DNA from: Halarcobacter sp. | Lineage (GTDB): Bacteria; Campylobacterota; Campylobacteria; Campylobacterales; Arcobacteraceae | Assembly: GCA_048571215.1 (NCBI GenBank) | Contig: CP182352.1 | Location: 3,456,001 to 3,520,000, forward strand | Reading direction: 5' to 3' | Length of the DNA: 64,000 nt | Shown here: one piece after another, positions 11,378 to 21,576 of the stretch | How positions within the stretch are numbered: position 1 is the stretch's first letter | Layout: the number at the start of each line of letters is the position of its first letter | Position numbers and translations under genes: made by a program | Notes under the pieces: generated by a model | Database searches by the model: none | The model's input: only the letters and a program-made list of their open reading frames with translations | What the model was told of the DNA's origin: nothing

Positions 11378-12547
11378 ATGAATATTGCATTTATCCCTTT
11401 AAGGTGTGGAAGTAAATCAATACCTTTTAAAAATATAAAAAATTTTTGTGGAAAACCACTTGTATATTGGAATTTAAAGGCTATAGAAGAATCAAAAAGT
11501 GTAGATATAGTTTATATTGCAACAGATTGCAAAGAGGTAATTGATACTATTAACAGTTTTTGTTTTAAAAAAGTTGTTATTTATAAAAGAGACCCTATTA
11601 ATGCAAGGGATATTTCTCCCACAGAGGATGTAATGTTGGAGTTTTTGGAAAAAAGAAAACAAGATAATGAAGACTACTTTTTATTGGTTCAAGCAACCTC
11701 TCCAATAACACAATCATATGATTTTGATAATGCTATAAAACAGTTGAAAAATTCAAAAAAAGATTCATTATTGACTGTTGTAAATGAAAAAAGATTTTTT
11801 TGGAATAAAGATGGCACGCCTATAAATTATGACTATAAAAATAGACCAAGAAGACAAGATTTTGAAGGTTTTTATCTCGAAAATGGGGCTTTTTATATAA
11901 ATAAGGTGAAAAATATTTTAAGAGATAAAAACAGACTTTCAGGTGAGATTGAATTATATGTTATGAATGATTATACTTCAATCGAGATAGATGAACCTCT
12001 TGATTGGCATATAGCAGAAAGTTATATGCAAAATCATATATTATCAAAAGAAGAGATAAAGCTAGAAAGAAAAATAAAACTATTTTTATCAGATGTTGAT
12101 GGAACTTTGACAGATGCAGGGATGTATTATGGAGAAAATGGGGAAGAGTTAAAAAAGTTTAATACCCATGATGGAAAAGGGTTTGAACTTTTACGTGAAA
12201 AGGGAATAAAAACTGGTTTAATTACAAGTGAAAAAACAAAGATTGTAGAGAATAGAGCAAAAAAATTAAAAATCGATTATTTATATCAGGATGTTAAACA
12301 TAAAGGTAAACTAAAAGTTGCTAAAGAGATATGTAAAAAAGAGGGAATAAGTCTAGAAGAGGTAGCGTATATCGGGGATGATATAAATTGTAAAGAGTTA
12401 TTAGAACAAGTAGGAGTATCCGCTTGTCCTTCGAAGTCATTAAGTGAGATTAAAGAATTGTATAGTATAATTAAATTAACTCAATCTGGCGGAAATGGTG
12501 CAGTAAGAGAGTTTATTGATTTATTAATACAAAAGAGATATATATGA
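11378..12547 (+). CDS. CMP-nonulosonate synthetase fused to a KdsC-like HAD phosphatase
   Basis: N-terminal IPLRCGSKSIPFKN, QATSP, RPRRQD, ENGAFY and EIDEPLD. C-terminal DVDGTLTD, YIGDDIND and GGNGAVREF. Confidence 0.92.
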   Translation: MNIAFIPLRCGSKSIPFKNIKNFCGKPLVYWNLKAIEESKSVDIVYIATDCKEVIDTINSFCFKKVVIYKRDPINARDISPTEDVMLEFLEKRKQDNEDYFLLVQATSPITQSYDFDNAIKQLKNSKKDSLLTVVNEKRFFWNKDGTPINYDYKNRPRRQDFEGFYLENGAFYINKVKNILRDKNRLSGEIELYVMNDYTSIEIDEPLDWHIAESYMQNHILSKEEIKLERKIKLFLSDVDGTLTDAGMYYGENGEELKKFNTHDGKGFELLREKGIKTGLITSEKTKIVENRAKKLKIDYLYQDVKHKGKLKVAKEICKKEGISLEEVAYIGDDINCKELLEQVGVSACPSKSLSEIKELYSIIKLTQSGGNGAVREFIDLLIQKRYI

Positions 12548-14187
12548 GTAGTGAACAACTTCAAATACAAACAGAGCTTTCTAATTTGATTCAAGAAGAT
12601 TTTATAAATGCTGCAACAACTTATTCCCAAAATAATCAATTAGATAGACAACAAGTTTTAACACTAATTCAAGATATCACTTTGTTAAAAAAATATAGTG
12701 TTGCATATATTCATAATAATGAGTTTAATGAAGTTATAGATGTTTTTAAAGAGGAATTAAAAAATTCAATTTATCCATATGATATTGCATTTGTAATTGC
12801 AATTGAGTATCTACAAAATAGTAAGAATATAGATTTTTTACAAAAATTTTTTGTAGAGATTTTTTTAAGAACTCCTAAAGAGTTATTTCTTGATGTATTT
12901 TCAATTTTTAATATTTTATGTGGCAGTGTAAAAGAACTGTATACTTATTTTATCGAATATGTTTTTAATAATAAGTTTTTATTATTGGATGAAAATATGC
13001 AAATTGATTGTTTATATAAAGCATGGAACTTATCTTTACAAGTTTATCATGATAATGAAGCTTCACAGTTTGCATACAATGAGTTAAAACACCTATTTCA
13101 AAATGCCTTAAATTATCAAAAAACAGAAGTTGCTTTTTGGTTATACTACACTCCTTTACACTATTTTAATTCAGGAACTCATGCAAATAAACATGAAGCT
13201 AATCAACGTTTTCAGGATGAGATTGAAAAACCATTAGAAAAATATATTAAAAATCATATTATTCCAAAATATAAAATTACTCCAAATAAAAAGAAAGTGA
13301 AAGATTCTTCAAAGAAAAAAGTTGCCTTTGTAATGCAAAGGATTATAAGACACTCTACAGTGAAAGTTTTGTATTATTTGATGGAATCAATTATGAAAAA
13401 ACAACATGAAAACTACGAGTTTGTCTTATATGACTTAGCTTTCCCTGAATCTGGAGGAAGTGATGTTGTATTTATAAAAGAGTTTGAAAAACTTGGGCTA
13501 AGATATGTAAATTTACATGAAAAAATATTTAATAATACAAGTGAAACTTATTCTTTACTTGAAAAATGTATAAAGAGTAGAGAAATTTTAATAGAAGATG
13601 ATATTGATATATTTATTGGTTTACATACAAGAGTTGAGTATATGTTTTTATATCTTACAAGAACTGCATCAGAACAAATATATTGGTATCATGGAAGTAA
13701 TGTAGAATATGATGTTGAAGGCATTGATAAAAGAATTACACATAGTAGTATTCCAGAAAAATCAAATTTTGAAATGAAGAAGTTTTTTATATCAAAAGAA
13801 TATAATGATGAAGAAAAAATGGAGTTTGAAAAAGAGGAAAAAAAAATCAGATCTACTTATCCAGAAGATTTTGTTATATTAGGAAGTATAGGTCGATTAA
13901 TTAAAATTGATAATGATGACTATTTAGCTACAGTATGTGAAATATTAAAACAAAATCCTAATACAATATATTTAGCATGTGGTGATGGGGATAAGAGTAA
14001 TATTATTACTTTTATCAAAAAGAATGATTTAGAAGATAGATTTTATTTTCCAGGGTTTGTTAATTCAAAAATATATGGTAGAGTGATTGATATATACTTA
14101 AATACTTTTCCAGATCCTGGTGGTGAGAGTGTAAATGAGTTTGTGTCTTTAGATGAAAATAAATATGTAGTAAGTTTAATAGATTAA
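12544..14187 (+). CDS. Putative GT-B glycosyltransferase (GT41/OGT-like C-terminus)
   Basis: Helical N-terminus; C-terminal LGSIGRLIKI and DIYLNTFPDPGG resemble the GT41 motifs FGSFNxxxK and DxxLDTFPxxGG. Confidence 0.6.
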   Translation: MSSEQLQIQTELSNLIQEDFINAATTYSQNNQLDRQQVLTLIQDITLLKKYSVAYIHNNEFNEVIDVFKEELKNSIYPYDIAFVIAIEYLQNSKNIDFLQKFFVEIFLRTPKELFLDVFSIFNILCGSVKELYTYFIEYVFNNKFLLLDENMQIDCLYKAWNLSLQVYHDNEASQFAYNELKHLFQNALNYQKTEVAFWLYYTPLHYFNSGTHANKHEANQRFQDEIEKPLEKYIKNHIIPKYKITPNKKKVKDSSKKKVAFVMQRIIRHSTVKVLYYLMESIMKKQHENYEFVLYDLAFPESGGSDVVFIKEFEKLGLRYVNLHEKIFNNTSETYSLLEKCIKSREILIEDDIDIFIGLHTRVEYMFLYLTRTASEQIYWYHGSNVEYDVEGIDKRITHSSIPEKSNFEMKKFFISKEYNDEEKMEFEKEEKKIRSTYPEDFVILGSIGRLIKIDNDDYLATVCEILKQNPNTIYLACGDGDKSNIITFIKKNDLEDRFYFPGFVNSKIYGRVIDIYLNTFPDPGGESVNEFVSLDENKYVVSLID

Positions 14188-14199
14188 GAGAGAAAAAAA

Positions 14200-15165
14200 T
14201 TGAAAAAGATTATTGTACCAGAAGATTATAACTATATAGGAGCTTTTGTTTCTTTAGGATGTAATCTTAGTTGTAGTTATTGTATAAATTTAAATGAAGA
14301 GAATTCAACAAGAAAAAGTGTTTCAAGAAAGGCTATGTCAGGTAAAAATTGGGCTAAAGCAATTAATAGATTAAAAATATTAAATCTTGATTTGCCTGTA
14401 ACTTTACAAGGTGGAGAACCTACAATACACAAAGAGTTTTTTGATATTGTAAATGGTGTGGATGATGATATAAAACTTGATTTACTTACAAATATGGTTT
14501 TTGATGTGGATGAGTTTATAAACAATATTGACCCAAAAAAATTTACTAGAGAAGCTAAATATGCAGCTATTAGAGTTAGTTATCATCCTGGAGAAAATGA
14601 TATAGATGATTTAATAGCAAAAGCAAAAAAATTTGATAAAGCAGGTTTTTATATAGGTATTTATTCTGTTATGGTTCCTCAAAATCAAAAACATATTGAA
14701 GAGGTAAAAGAAAAATGCCTCAAAGAGGGTATAGACTTTAGGGTAAAAGAGTATTTAGGTTTTGATGGAAAAGAGTGGCATGGAACCTATAAATATCCTG
14801 AGGCTATTTCACAAAAAGTAGAGAAATATTGTGATTGTAAAACAACAGAACTTATAATTGCACCAAGTGGGCATGTATTTAGATGTCACTCAGACCTTTA
14901 TGAGAATAGAACACCTATAGGGCATATTTTAGACCCAAATTTTGATATAGAGCAGATACATAGACCTTGCTATGTTTTTGGTCATTGTAACCCTTGTGAT
15001 ATAAAAGTAAAAACAAATAGACATCAAATTTTTGGGCATACTTCTGTAGATATCAAAAATATTAGAGAGTTAACTGAAGAAGAAAAATTAGATTTGAAAA
15101 CTAATGAAAATTATGGTTTAGGAATCTACAATTATGAAAAAGATGAAGAGTATATAGATGGCTAA
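14200..15165 (+). CDS. Radical SAM protein with C-terminal auxiliary Cys cluster
   Basis: CNLSCSYC, QGGEP and LLTN; C-terminal CDC...RCH...PC..GHCNPCD. Confidence 0.9.
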   Translation: MKKIIVPEDYNYIGAFVSLGCNLSCSYCINLNEENSTRKSVSRKAMSGKNWAKAINRLKILNLDLPVTLQGGEPTIHKEFFDIVNGVDDDIKLDLLTNMVFDVDEFINNIDPKKFTREAKYAAIRVSYHPGENDIDDLIAKAKKFDKAGFYIGIYSVMVPQNQKHIEEVKEKCLKEGIDFRVKEYLGFDGKEWHGTYKYPEAISQKVEKYCDCKTTELIIAPSGHVFRCHSDLYENRTPIGHILDPNFDIEQIHRPCYVFGHCNPCDIKVKTNRHQIFGHTSVDIKNIRELTEEEKLDLKTNENYGLGIYNYEKDEEYIDG

Positions 15166-16222
15166 ATTTGACTTTGATGGACACAAACTTTTTTATCAGT
15201 TTGAAACAACGTATAAACTTTTAACTGAGCAGGACATTAATCCTGTATATATTGAGTATTCACCAGTTGGACATTGCAATCATAGATGTACTTTTTGTGC
15301 TTATGATTATATTGGTTATCAGTCAAGAAGACTTGATAAAGAAAAAACTATTCAATCAATAAAAGATTTTGCAAAGCTTGGTACAAAGGCGATGTTGTTT
15401 GCCGGGGAAGGGGAACCTTTAATCCATCCAAATATAGATGATTTTATAATAACTTGTTTTGAAAATGAAGTAAGTAGTGCTATATATACAAATGGGGCAT
15501 TACTAACTCCTAAAAGAGTGAATAAGATCTTAGATAAATTAACTTTTGTTCGTATCTCTTTTAATGCAGGTACAAAAGAAAATTATGAAGAGATACATAA
15601 AAGTGATGATTTTGAAAAAGTAGTTGAAAATCTTAAATATGCAACCAAATACAAAAAAGAACATAATCTACAAACAGATATAGGGCTTCAAATTGTTGTT
15701 TTACCTGAAAATTTACATACTATAATTGATTTAGCAAAACTAGGTCAAGAGTTAGGTGTTGATTATTTAGCAATTAAGCCTTTTGTTCAACACAATGATC
15801 AAGAAGGCTATCAGTTTTCAAAAAACTTTTCATTAGATGAGATAGAACCAGTATTGGATGAAGCAGAAAAATATAGTACAGATAGTTATAAAGTTATAGC
15901 AAGAAAAGAAGCTTTTAGAAAATATCATGACAGAACTTATAATCATTGTTTAGCATTGCCTTTATTTGGTGTGATATTAAGTGATGGAAATATGTATAGT
16001 TGTGGTCCATATTTAGACAACAAAGATTTTTGTTATGGAAATATACATGAGCAAAGTGTAGAAGAGATAGTTTTAGGTAATAAAAGAAAAGAGATATTAG
16101 AATTTGCAGCAAAAAAACTTGATTGTAAGGGACAGTGTATGCCAAACTGTAGATTAGATGCAATCAATAGAAGTCTTTGGGAATTAAAAAACCCAACAGT
16201 TAAGCATATAAACTTTATTTAG
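15158..16222 (+). CDS. Radical SAM/twitch-domain protein (paralogue 1)
   Basis: CNHRCTFC, AGEGEP and YTNG; C-terminal C..DGNMYSC..YGNI..CMPNCR; ends HINFI. Confidence 0.92.
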   Translation: MAKFDFDGHKLFYQFETTYKLLTEQDINPVYIEYSPVGHCNHRCTFCAYDYIGYQSRRLDKEKTIQSIKDFAKLGTKAMLFAGEGEPLIHPNIDDFIITCFENEVSSAIYTNGALLTPKRVNKILDKLTFVRISFNAGTKENYEEIHKSDDFEKVVENLKYATKYKKEHNLQTDIGLQIVVLPENLHTIIDLAKLGQELGVDYLAIKPFVQHNDQEGYQFSKNFSLDEIEPVLDEAEKYSTDSYKVIARKEAFRKYHDRTYNHCLALPLFGVILSDGNMYSCGPYLDNKDFCYGNIHEQSVEEIVLGNKRKEILEFAAKKLDCKGQCMPNCRLDAINRSLWELKNPTVKHINFI

Positions 16223-16230
16223 GATAATAG

Positions 16231-17028
16231 ATGCAAGATATGAAAAAAATAGCAGTAAATATTAGAAAAAATATTTTACGTATTGCAAATAGTTCAAAAG
16301 GTCCTCACACAGGAACAGCATTGTCATGTGTTGATATTTTAGCTTCACTTTATTTTAAGCATTTAAAAATAGAAACGTATAAAGATGAAAATAGAGATAT
16401 TTTTATTATGAGTAAAGGTCATGGGGCAATGGCTTTATATTCAACACTTTATGAAAAAGCTATTTTATCTAAAGATGATTTTTTTAGTTATTATCAAAAT
16501 AATGGAAAACTTCCTGCTCACTTAGACAAAAATACAAATGAAGCAATAGAGGTTTCAAGTGGTAGTTTAGGGCATGGATTGCCACAAGCATTGGGTTTTG
16601 CATATTCTAAAAAATTAAAAAATCTAGATTCCAAAGTATATGTTTTGATGGGTGATGGAGAAACTCAAGAGGGTTCTATTTGGGAGGCTGCAATGTTAGC
16701 ACCTAAAATGGGCTTAGATAACCTTACTGTATTTATAGATAGAAATAATCTTCAAGGATATGGAAGACCATCTGAGTTAGTTTCTTTTGAATCATTAGAT
16801 GAAAAGTTTAAAAGTTTTAATTGGGATGTATATAGAGTAGATGGACATGACTTAAACGCATTAGATGAAGTAATATCAAAAACATCACAAAATCCAAAAG
16901 TTATTATTTGCGATACTATAAAAGGTAAAGGTGTTTCATTTATGGAAGATGAAATGAAATGGCATTATTTTATAGTAACCGATGAGTTTATGAATCAAGG
17001 GATAAAAGAGTTAGAGGAAAGCTTATGA
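16231..17028 (+). CDS. Transketolase, N-terminal (ThDP-binding) subunit
   Basis: RDIFIMSKGH, GSLGHGL, GDGETQEGSIWEA and TIKGKGVSFME. Confidence 0.93.
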   Translation: MQDMKKIAVNIRKNILRIANSSKGPHTGTALSCVDILASLYFKHLKIETYKDENRDIFIMSKGHGAMALYSTLYEKAILSKDDFFSYYQNNGKLPAHLDKNTNEAIEVSSGSLGHGLPQALGFAYSKKLKNLDSKVYVLMGDGETQEGSIWEAAMLAPKMGLDNLTVFIDRNNLQGYGRPSELVSFESLDEKFKSFNWDVYRVDGHDLNALDEVISKTSQNPKVIICDTIKGKGVSFMEDEMKWHYFIVTDEFMNQGIKELEESL

Positions 17029-17918
17029 GAAATAGTGCTGCGAAAATAGTATATGAATATTGTAAATCAAACAAAGATGGCTTTTTAATCTCTGGGGATG
17101 CTGGTTTTGGAGTATGGGAAAAGTTTCAAGAGGAATTACCAACTCAGTATATAAATACAGGAGTAAATGAAGCAGCAATGACAGGTTTAGCAGCTGGTTT
17201 AGCACTAAGTGGTCATAAGGTTTTTATTTATAATATTATTCCATTTTTATTAATGAGAAATTATGAACAAGTAAGAGTAGATATTGCTTATCAAAATCTT
17301 CCAGTGATTTTAATAGGTATTGGGTCTGGAGTTACTTATGCACCTGCAGGGATGACTCACTATTCTATTGAAGATATTACAATAGCTAAAAGTATGCCAA
17401 ATCTAAATATAATATCACCTTCAGACCCTATCCAAGTAGAAAAAGCAATGCATTATGCGATTGCTTCAGATAATCCTACTTTTATAAGAATTTCAAGAAG
17501 TGGTGAACCAAAAGTATTTGATGACAATATTGATATCACTAAACCAATCATAATAAAAGATGGAAATTCAAAAGCTATTATATTTCATGGTTCAATTGTT
17601 GATGAAGTTTTAGAAGCATCAAAAGAGCTAGATGATTGTGCAATAATCTCTTTTCCTATGATTGCACCTATTGATGAAAAAGAAGTAGCAACAATATTAG
17701 AGAAATATAATGAAATTTTTGTTGTAGAAGAACATTTTAAAGATGGTGGATTAGGGACTATATTAAGTGATTTAACAATACAACTTGGAATTTTTGTAAA
17801 AATAAAAAAATTAGGTATACCAAATCATTACATTCATAAAATTGGGAATTGTGATTATCTTAGAAAAAAGTATGGTATAGATAAAGAATCAATTATAAGA
17901 GAGATAAATCATGGGTAA
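17025..17918 (+). CDS. Transketolase, C-terminal subunit
   Basis: GVNEAAMTGLAAGLA, RNYEQVRVD, GMTHYSIED and VEEHFKDGGLG. Confidence 0.92.
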   Translation: MRNSAAKIVYEYCKSNKDGFLISGDAGFGVWEKFQEELPTQYINTGVNEAAMTGLAAGLALSGHKVFIYNIIPFLLMRNYEQVRVDIAYQNLPVILIGIGSGVTYAPAGMTHYSIEDITIAKSMPNLNIISPSDPIQVEKAMHYAIASDNPTFIRISRSGEPKVFDDNIDITKPIIIKDGNSKAIIFHGSIVDEVLEASKELDDCAIISFPMIAPIDEKEVATILEKYNEIFVVEEHFKDGGLGTILSDLTIQLGIFVKIKKLGIPNHYIHKIGNCDYLRKKYGIDKESIIREINHG

Positions 17919-18573
17919 ATTATTATATATATTTAATAAACTTCATAAAAAAACACAAAGAAAATATATTGATAGAATGGTTGATGAAAAGATTTTGTGT
18001 ATGCAAAAAGCGAAAGAGTATGAGTTTGATTATTGGGATGGAGATAGAAGGTTTGGCTATGGGGGTTATTTTTATGATGGAAGATGGGAACCTATTGCCA
18101 AGGATTTAATAGAAGAGTACAACTTAACAAATGATTCTAAGATTTTAGATGTGGGATGTGGAAAAGCATTTTTACTTTTTGAATTAAAAAAACTTTTACC
18201 GGGTATTGAGGTAAAAGGTTTTGATATCTCAAAACATGGACTAAATGAAGCAAAAGAAGAAGTTAAAAATGATTTATTTATTCATAAAGCACAAGATATT
18301 TATCCTTTTGGTGATGATGAATTTGATTTAGTAATCTCTTTAGGAACTTTACATAATTTAAAAATTTATGAATTAAAAAGAGCAATTAGTGAAATTGAAC
18401 GTGTAGGTAAAAATAAATTTATTATGGTTGAAGCATATAGAAATGATACAGAGCTTTTTAATTTACAGTGTTGGGCTTTAACTTGTGAGAGTTTTTTTAG
18501 ACCAAATGAGTGGATATGGTTATATGAAGAGTATAGCTATACTGGCGATTATGAATTTATATATTTTGAATAG
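17911..18573 (+). CDS. Class I SAM-dependent methyltransferase
   Basis: ILDVGCGKA, GFDIS and FDLVISLGTLH; N-terminal YWDGDRRFGYGGY. Confidence 0.88.
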   Translation: MGKLLYIFNKLHKKTQRKYIDRMVDEKILCMQKAKEYEFDYWDGDRRFGYGGYFYDGRWEPIAKDLIEEYNLTNDSKILDVGCGKAFLLFELKKLLPGIEVKGFDISKHGLNEAKEEVKNDLFIHKAQDIYPFGDDEFDLVISLGTLHNLKIYELKRAISEIERVGKNKFIMVEAYRNDTELFNLQCWALTCESFFRPNEWIWLYEEYSYTGDYEFIYFE

Positions 18574-18587
18574 GTTAGGAGTAAATT

Positions 18588-19655
18588 ATGTCTAAATATT
18601 CACAGTTAAAAATATTTCATTTTAAAGAAAAAATAGATTCTTTACCAAAAGATAATAAAGATATTAAAGCACCATTGCATATTAGAATCAAACCAACAAA
18701 TGTTTGTAATCATAACTGTTGGTACTGTGCTTATAAAGTTGATAATCTTCAGTTAGGTCAAGATATGGTTGAAAGAGATTTTATCCCTGAAGATAAGATG
18801 ATGGAAATTATTGATGATTGTATTGATATGGGAGTTAAAGCAATAACTTTTAGTGGTGGTGGAGAACCTTTTGTATATAAACATATGTTAAAAGTTGCAA
18901 AAAAACTTGCAAATTCTCCAATAGAGTTTGCATCATTGACAAATGGTTCAAAACTAAAAGGAGAAGTAGCTGAAATTTTTGCGAAACATGGTACTTGGGT
19001 TCGTGTATCAATAGATGGTTGGGATGATGAGAGTTATGCTGATTATAGAGATACAGGCAAAAAAGAATTTTCAAAAATATTACAAAACATGAAAGATTTT
19101 AAAGCATATGGTGGAAAATGTGCTTTAGGTGTAAGTTTTATTATTGACCAAAAAAATTATCAACATGTATATGATTTTATAAAAACAATAAAAGAAACAG
19201 GTGCGGATAGTATTAAACTCTCAGGCTGTGTTGTAGATAATGATGGTGCAAAAAATAATGAGTATCATAAACCAATTTATGAGGAAGTTAAAAGACAAGC
19301 TAAAAAAGCTATTGAAGAATTACAAGATGATATATTTGAAATATATGATACATATCATCTTTTAGAGGATAAATTTGAAAAAGATTATGAATGGTGCCCT
19401 TATTCTCAAATTCTTCCTGTAATTGGTGCAGATTTAAATATTTATCCTTGTCAAGACAAAGCGTATAATTTGGATAATGGTTTAGTTGGTTCAATAAAAG
19501 ATAAAAGTTTTAAAGAATTTTGGTTTAATGATAAAGATAAGTTTTTTAAAATCAATCCAAAATGTCATTGTAATAATCATTGTGTAGCAAATTCAAAAAA
19601 TAAAATGATTTTAGATTATTTGAATGTTGATAGTGAGCATTTAGGTTTTGTTTAA
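18588..19655 (+). CDS. Radical SAM/twitch-domain protein (paralogue 2)
   Basis: CNHNCWYC, SGGGEP and LTNG; C-terminal C..ADLNIYPC..VGSI..CNNHC; ends HLGFV. Confidence 0.92.
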   Translation: MSKYSQLKIFHFKEKIDSLPKDNKDIKAPLHIRIKPTNVCNHNCWYCAYKVDNLQLGQDMVERDFIPEDKMMEIIDDCIDMGVKAITFSGGGEPFVYKHMLKVAKKLANSPIEFASLTNGSKLKGEVAEIFAKHGTWVRVSIDGWDDESYADYRDTGKKEFSKILQNMKDFKAYGGKCALGVSFIIDQKNYQHVYDFIKTIKETGADSIKLSGCVVDNDGAKNNEYHKPIYEEVKRQAKKAIEELQDDIFEIYDTYHLLEDKFEKDYEWCPYSQILPVIGADLNIYPCQDKAYNLDNGLVGSIKDKSFKEFWFNDKDKFFKINPKCHCNNHCVANSKNKMILDYLNVDSEHLGFV

Positions 19656-20389
19656 TGAGTGAAGTTATTCTTGTTACTGCTTCAAGTAGAGGACTTGGTT
19701 TAGAAATTGCAAAAGATTTATCAAATAGTGGTTATTCTATTTTATTAAATGGGAGAAATAAAGAATCTTTATTTGCTGCAATGGAAAAGTTAAGTTGTGA
19801 AAAAGAACATTTTCTTTTTACCTATGATTTAACAAAAGAAGATGCTGTCAACAGATTGAAATTTTTTTTGGAAGAAAAAAATATTACTATTATTGGTGTA
19901 GTACATAATTTAGGAGGGAAAGTTGAAAATGATATTCAACCTTTATTTCCTAAAACACTGGCAAAGTCAATACGTTTAAATCTAGAAAGTGCAATAGATA
20001 TTAATAATTTTTTGATACCAAAAATGATGAACAATGGATATGGAACAATTATTCATATAGGTTCTAGTTCAGGATATAATGGTAATGCAGCACCTGCTTA
20101 TGCTATAAGTAAAGGGGCTTTAAATACTTATGTAAAAAATACTGCACGATTTTATGCAAAAGATGGGATTCGAATTTGTGCAGTTTTACCTGGAATTCTT
20201 GATCATGAAGGTAGTGAATGGGATAAAAAGCGTTTACTTGAACCAGAAAAATATCAACAAAGAAAGCTTCAAATGCCATTGCAACGTTTTGCAAAACCTA
20301 ATGAAATTGCTCCCTTTATTAGCTCAATCTTTAAAACAAACAGTATGCAAGTTGCAGGGTCAATTATAAGTTTAGAAGGTGCAGTTTAA
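19655..20389 (+). CDS. Short-chain dehydrogenase/reductase
   Basis: TASSRGLG, IGSSS, YAISK (YxxxK) and VLPG. Confidence 0.92.
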   Translation: MSEVILVTASSRGLGLEIAKDLSNSGYSILLNGRNKESLFAAMEKLSCEKEHFLFTYDLTKEDAVNRLKFFLEEKNITIIGVVHNLGGKVENDIQPLFPKTLAKSIRLNLESAIDINNFLIPKMMNNGYGTIIHIGSSSGYNGNAAPAYAISKGALNTYVKNTARFYAKDGIRICAVLPGILDHEGSEWDKKRLLEPEKYQQRKLQMPLQRFAKPNEIAPFISSIFKTNSMQVAGSIISLEGAV

Positions 20390-21531
20390 TGAATGAATAT
20401 GTTAAGTTTTATGAAAAAAATAATATTTCTCCTGTAAGACAAAATATTGATGATTTTAATCAACATATCAAAAGACGTAGTAGTTTATATAGACAGTTGG
20501 GAGTATTACCTAATTTTTTTAAAGGGAAAAAGGTTTTAGAAGTTGGACCTGGAGGTGGATATAATGCACTTGCAACTTATACTTTTGAACCTTCTAAATA
20601 TGTCTTTGTTGAGCCAAACAAAACGGGGTATGAAGAATTACAAGCTAATTTTTCAAAATACGGTTTTTCTAATAATGTTGAGTTTTACAATTGTTTCCTA
20701 GAATCATTTGAGTCAGATGAAACTTTTGATATTGTGATATGTGAAGGTCTAATTCAAGGATTACCAAATAGAGATGAGTTTTTATCTCAGTTATCAAATA
20801 AGGTTGCAGATGGTGGAATATTAATTATTACCTCTGCTGATGAAATTTCAATGTTTTTTGAAATACTCAGACGTTATTTGTCAAATGAACTTATTAAAAA
20901 TGAAGCAAATTTTAATCAACAACTTGAAATTTTAGTTAGTGCATTTAGTTCACACCTTGATACTTTAAAAGGGATGACAAGAAGATATGATGATTGGTGT
21001 GCAGATTTAATATGTGATGCAATATATAATCATACATTCAGTGTTAGTGATGCGATAGAATATTTTAAGGAACAATATTTTTTTTATGGAGCTTCTCCAA
21101 ATATTTTTCAAGATTATCGATGGTATAAAGCATTACCAACTTCGACCATTGAATTTAATAAATATTTTATAACACAGTTTGATGAACTTAGACATAATTT
21201 TATAGATTGTCAAAAAGTATATGATAAGCAAGATAAAGCAATTAATAAGGAACTCTCTATACGAACAAGAGAACTTATTTTAATTATAAAATCATTGGAA
21301 AAAAAGGATGGAGAGTATTCCAAATCAGAGTTAATAAATATTTTTGATATTATTGGGAAATTACTGAATAAATTTGATCCTCATTTATGTAAAATTCTTA
21401 TGGAGTTAAAACAGCTTGTAGAATCCAAAGAAAATATTGATGCTAAAGATGTTTCAAATTTAACATTACTTCAACCTATGTTTGGTAGAGGTCAAACCTT
21501 TATATCTTTTAATAAGGCATTTAATGATTAA
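20389..21531 (+). CDS. Class I SAM-dependent methyltransferase
   Basis: VLEVGPGGG, FVEPN, FDIVICEG and GGILII. Confidence 0.85.
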   Translation: MNEYVKFYEKNNISPVRQNIDDFNQHIKRRSSLYRQLGVLPNFFKGKKVLEVGPGGGYNALATYTFEPSKYVFVEPNKTGYEELQANFSKYGFSNNVEFYNCFLESFESDETFDIVICEGLIQGLPNRDEFLSQLSNKVADGGILIITSADEISMFFEILRRYLSNELIKNEANFNQQLEILVSAFSSHLDTLKGMTRRYDDWCADLICDAIYNHTFSVSDAIEYFKEQYFFYGASPNIFQDYRWYKALPTSTIEFNKYFITQFDELRHNFIDCQKVYDKQDKAINKELSIRTRELILIIKSLEKKDGEYSKSELINIFDIIGKLLNKFDPHLCKILMELKQLVESKENIDAKDVSNLTLLQPMFGRGQTFISFNKAFND

Positions 21532-21576
21532 TCTATTTAAATATAAGAAAAGCAATTAGTAGCTTAGGGGTTAAAA

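Noticed and set aside
13838..13846. Homopolymer runs as phase-variation sites (A9 here, other A/T runs in the maf genes)
   Set aside because: A/T runs of this length are expected in such AT-rich DNA. I saw no long poly-G/C tract and no frameshifted gene in the island.
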